From assembly GCA_020346285.1 (NCBI GenBank), contig CP070780.1, positions 164,265-223,882 on the forward strand: a stretch of DNA of 59,618 bases, read 5' to 3'. Source of the stretch: Candidatus Omnitrophota bacterium (GTDB lineage Bacteria; Omnitrophota; Gorgyraeia; JABMRN01; RBG-13-46-9). Position 1 is the stretch's first letter. Every line of letters begins with the position of its first letter. Position numbers and translations under genes: made by a program. The notes beneath the pieces are model-generated. The model saw only the letters and a program-made list of their open reading frames with translations. It was not told the origin of the DNA and did no database searches. Shown in pieces: positions 56,288-59,618 of the stretch.

Positions 56288-57484
56288 GATGAGTCTCTCG
56301 TCAATAATTTTTTCGGCGATTATCTCCGCTAATGTTTCTGCCCCACGTTCTGTATAATGGACATCGTCGCGAAAATTCCGTAAATCCTTGCTGACGGCGT
56401 TGTCAGCATCAATAAGGATGACGCCTTCTTTTGAAGATACCTCTTTTACGGTTTTATTAAAAAGTTTCATAGCCTGGCAGAAGGATTGGGGAGAAGGATA
56501 TTCTCTTTGAATAAAATTGAGTCGCATATTACTAATGGTCCTGCCGAAATAGAGTAGCCGCAGTTCATCTTCCCGCATGTCTTCCTTATATAAAGACGGC
56601 TGGGTTACCAGAATTATATCAGATTTGTTATTTTTGATATATTTTACAAGTTTTGTAAGATTTTTCTTAAATGCCGGTAAGGATATGTACCTTTTTACGG
56701 AATAATCTCTTTCCAAAAATCTTAGTTTGCTATACCAGGCATTTAACGGCGTTTCAAAATATCGCAGGATATGTTGCTCAAAAGTAGGGGATTTTGCCGC
56801 GTTTATTGCCGAGCCATAGAAGTGCGTCCAGAGATCGTTATATTCGCCCATGGCGAAATCAACCGGCGAGAAAGACCTTGCCAGATCGTTTATAGCGTGC
56901 ATTACTATAATCAAATCCGGATTCCAGTCTTCGTAATATGTTACATAGCTTATCAGGGAATGCTTGGTAGTATACCAGTTTGTGCCAGCATTCAGGACTT
57001 CAATATCAACCGATGGATAATAATTCTGTAAGATTCTATGTAGCGTGTTGGGATAACGCTTTTCCACGGGCAAAGCGAAGTTTCCTGTCGTGGAGCCACC
57101 GAGGCATATTATGCGGAATGTATTATCATTTTTGTCAATCGATTGATTTTTAAATTGTTTAAACTGATTTTGAAGAAACGGGTCAAATAGATATTCCCGG
57201 GTGTAATAATAACGTAACGAAAAAACAAAATACAGAAAAACAATCAAGATAAAAAAAGGAATTATGGAAAACAAAAATTTTTTCCATCCGATCCGCTTAA
57301 CGCATACACATATAATTATAGGCAGGAAAAAAAACGAAGCCATTATAGCGAGAAATATAAAATATTTTACAGAATACCGAAATATTATCGGAGGGAAAGA
57401 CCTGTGGAATAACCAGCCCGCATAAATGAACGCATAAACCAGATAATATACTAAGAGAAAAAGGCGTTTATAGAGATGTTTCAT
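56279..57484 (-). CDS. membrane-anchored SGNH/GDSL-type hydrolase or acyl-transfer protein (same motif set as 47972..49093)
   Basis: Several N-terminal hydrophobic segments. SGNH-like blocks ICLGGSTTGNF, LNAGTNWYTT, MHAINDL, DDVHYTERGAE. Its 3' end overlaps the convergent + gene by 9 nt. Confidence 0.65.
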   Translation of the reverse strand: MKHLYKRLFLLVYYLVYAFIYAGWLFHRSFPPIIFRYSVKYFIFLAIMASFFFLPIIICVCVKRIGWKKFLFSIIPFFILIVFLYFVFSLRYYYTREYLFDPFLQNQFKQFKNQSIDKNDNTFRIICLGGSTTGNFALPVEKRYPNTLHRILQNYYPSVDIEVLNAGTNWYTTKHSLISYVTYYEDWNPDLIIVMHAINDLARSFSPVDFAMGEYNDLWTHFYGSAINAAKSPTFEQHILRYFETPLNAWYSKLRFLERDYSVKRYISLPAFKKNLTKLVKYIKNNKSDIILVTQPSLYKEDMREDELRLLYFGRTISNMRLNFIQREYPSPQSFCQAMKLFNKTVKEVSSKEGVILIDADNAVSKDLRNFRDDVHYTERGAETLAEIIAEKIIDERLILP

Positions 57485-59495
57485 TTTTAATCCACAAAGG
57501 CCAAAAATCTTTTATATGTCCGTCACGATAAAGAATTTGTAAAGAGAATTGTCTATCTTTTTTTATCTGACTGAAATTTCTTATTCGATTGCGGATATAA
57601 TCGGTTATAACTACCAAATATGGAAATACGCCCTTATGCTCTTCAAGTAAAAATTCATCGTTTTCAGACAAAATCCACCTTGGTATATCATAATGCAGGC
57701 TTACATTTTGAGACATATCTTTCGTTTCGCCCTCTCCGAATATATGTGCCACATCCCTCGTTTCCAGATAAAGTTTTAAATCCAGCATAAAAATATCAAG
57801 TTCCTTTGGGGTAAAATAGTTTTTTATCATTATCCTTAGCTCATCGAGAGCAATCTTAATAGATTCTTTGTAATGGTTAGAAAGTACCAATGTTTTATAT
57901 TTCCTAAGAAGATTATCTCCCAATTTACCCGTGCATAATAAATTGTAATTTTCCTGCTTGTTAAAAAAATTAACTAATTCATTCCTAGAGGAAAATAACT
58001 CATCTTCTGTCTCCTGTAAAAATGATTTATATATGGCATAAAAAGAGGGATAACAAGAAACTTTATCGTGTATATTAAAAATCCATCGTGCAACATCTAA
58101 ATTATGATCGGTAAGAAACTTTCTTATTGGAAACATCTCAATTGAGTTGGCAAAGACAGTAATTATCAAAGCAAGCCCCCGTAAATTTACGTAATCTTCA
58201 TACGGCATATTTTTTGTACCGACAACAACCTCCTCAATCTCAAATATTTTAGTATCATTTATTTGGGAAAAACATCTTTGAACAATTCGATGCTTAATAA
58301 TATATTGATACTTTTTAGCGGTTTCTTGGGAAGCTATCGGCGCGCCTCTTAAGGCCATCAGCGTATATATTACCGTATCTTGTACGCCTGAATTTAATAC
58401 ACGGGATACCGTATCAAGAAAACTCTCTTTGGTTTCTTCTGGTAGATTAAGAATAAGTTCTGTAGCGGTACTTTCATTTATTCCCTTTATAACTTTTTTT
58501 TGAAACTTAACAAAATCTTCAAATGGTATATTTATACGTTTAATATTTTTTAGTACTTTAGGAGTGAGCGTTTGCAAGGCAATGGCCGGCGTAAAGTTAT
58601 ATTTTAAAATGGAAAGCAACTCCAGGAGCTTACCGGTATTTTTCCCGGAATTTACATTAACGATCTTAGGCCAATCATATTTATCCTGCATACCTCTTAT
58701 TACCCTGGCGATTTCAAAGTCTTCTTTGAAAAGGCTAAAGTTGGTATTTGCCATAACTAAAATAATATTATGCTGGCCTGCAAAACGTTTACCTAAATAT
58801 TCCATGTCTTTTTTGAAATTGTCCACAGATTGAAAAATTACTTTAGAGAAATAATCATTACTTGTATGGCAATAGGTACATTTAAAAGGACATCCCCTTT
58901 GGGTCTGCACGTAAGGATGAAATCCCTCGTTGAGAAACTGATTAAAGAATCCTTCAGCATATATAGCGCCAAAAGCATTTAAAGAGTCTAATTTTGGCAA
59001 CGGGTCTTTTGTTTCAATTAGCATATCCTGCTTTTCGCTAATAGAATAGGTGCCAGCCGAAGGGTTTCTTTTTATATCTTCTATTTTCTCTCCTTTGATA
59101 AAACGCGATACTATCTCGGTAAAGGGGATCTCGCCGTCAAAACTAACGCACACATCGATAAAGTTATTCTTTTTGAGATATGCAAACCTTTCTTCCGAAG
59201 ATAAATAAAGATTTGGCCCTCCGGCAACAATAAGGCATTCCGGATTAGCCGTTTTTACGCGTTGTGCCATATAAAGATTCATCTCGCTATTCCAGACATA
59301 TTGGGTTATACCCAATATGTCTGGTTTCCATTTCTTAACCTTCAGAAATTTGAGAGGGTCCTTAAATATCCTTATGTCAAATTTATTCCCTAACCTGTTT
59401 TTAAGATAATATGCTATAAGGCCGATACCCAGGGGAACAGTATTGGTATGAACTCCCATAGTCATGTGGTTTAAATCTATTAATGCTATCTTCAT
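57468..59495 (-). CDS. B12-binding-domain radical SAM protein (class B type), long form
   Basis: KIALIDLN...ILGITQYVW...IVAGGPNL followed by QRGCPFKCTYCHTS. 675 aa. Overlaps the downstream SGNH gene start by 17 nt. Confidence 0.8.
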   Translation of the reverse strand: MKIALIDLNHMTMGVHTNTVPLGIGLIAYYLKNRLGNKFDIRIFKDPLKFLKVKKWKPDILGITQYVWNSEMNLYMAQRVKTANPECLIVAGGPNLYLSSEERFAYLKKNNFIDVCVSFDGEIPFTEIVSRFIKGEKIEDIKRNPSAGTYSISEKQDMLIETKDPLPKLDSLNAFGAIYAEGFFNQFLNEGFHPYVQTQRGCPFKCTYCHTSNDYFSKVIFQSVDNFKKDMEYLGKRFAGQHNIILVMANTNFSLFKEDFEIARVIRGMQDKYDWPKIVNVNSGKNTGKLLELLSILKYNFTPAIALQTLTPKVLKNIKRINIPFEDFVKFQKKVIKGINESTATELILNLPEETKESFLDTVSRVLNSGVQDTVIYTLMALRGAPIASQETAKKYQYIIKHRIVQRCFSQINDTKIFEIEEVVVGTKNMPYEDYVNLRGLALIITVFANSIEMFPIRKFLTDHNLDVARWIFNIHDKVSCYPSFYAIYKSFLQETEDELFSSRNELVNFFNKQENYNLLCTGKLGDNLLRKYKTLVLSNHYKESIKIALDELRIMIKNYFTPKELDIFMLDLKLYLETRDVAHIFGEGETKDMSQNVSLHYDIPRWILSENDEFLLEEHKGVFPYLVVITDYIRNRIRNFSQIKKDRQFSLQILYRDGHIKDFWPLWIKNETSL

Positions 59496-59617
59496 TTTTT
59501 ACACAAGATAAACCCCAGATAATAAAGGATACTCTTAAATCTCAAAAGCGTTCCCATATTTCCTTGGGTAAGAGCCAATAGGATAAGCCATGCGCCGAAA
59601 ATCATTGTTATTAACAA
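59492..59617 (-). CDS. 3' end of a hydrophobic (membrane) protein gene; the remainder lies beyond the window
   Basis: My own reverse-strand translation gives LLITMIFGAWLILLALTQGNMGTLLRFKSILYYLGFILCKK*. Its TGA overlaps the ATG of the rSAM gene (ATGA). Not in the supplied ORF track because it is under 60 aa. Confidence 0.4.
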   Translation of the reverse strand: MLITMIFGAWLILLALTQGNMGTLLRFKSILYYLGFILCKK

Positions 59618-59618
59618 C

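Noticed and set aside
1-59618. tRNA, rRNA, CRISPR arrays, transposases, integrases, IS ends, prophage or defence-system genes.
   Set aside because: Every ORF above about 150 aa is accounted for by glycan-related or membrane proteins. I saw no regularly spaced direct repeats and no recombinase or nuclease motifs. Small ncRNAs cannot be excluded without covariance-model searches.

Overview
This 59.6-kb window is essentially one large, tightly packed surface-glycan (LPS, capsule or S-layer-glycan type) biosynthesis locus. About 53 genes run co-directionally on the + strand, many joined by ATGA or other 4-nt overlaps. Three genes on the - strand converge on them at the 3' end.

Recognisable nucleotide-sugar modules:
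- a partial ugd
- rmlC/A/B-like genes, with rmlD about 23 kb downstream
- a heptose-like block: a GmhA-like isomerase, a reversed HldE-like fusion and a split transketolase
- a TviB/TviC-like pair, in which the dehydrogenase is frameshifted
- UDP-xylose synthase
- a pseudaminic-acid block (pseB, pseI, PseF-like and PseG-like genes)
- a WbpE/B/D/I-like block for a 2,3-diacetamido uronic acid

The window also holds an MsbA/PglK-like ABC exporter, GT2, GT4 and GT-C transferases, and two SGNH proteins.

The unusual content is the density of tailoring enzymes:
- eight radical SAM enzymes, five with B12-binding N-terminal domains and three small Cys-rich/SPASM-like ones
- five conventional methyltransferases
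- four DegT aminotransferases
- a NodU-type carbamoyltransferase
- an orphan CysC-like kinase
- a pair of diverged 1.2-kb paralogous genes flanking a three-gene cassette
- a 48-nt scar copied from the transketolase gene start

I saw no tRNA, rRNA, CRISPR array, transposase or integrase. I recognised no initiating phosphoglycosyltransferase, Wzx, Wzy or oligosaccharyltransferase.

All functional calls rest on motif and architecture recognition by eye. No database search was run. The source taxon cannot be determined from the sequence, although Shine-Dalgarno-type ribosome-binding sites indicate a bacterium.
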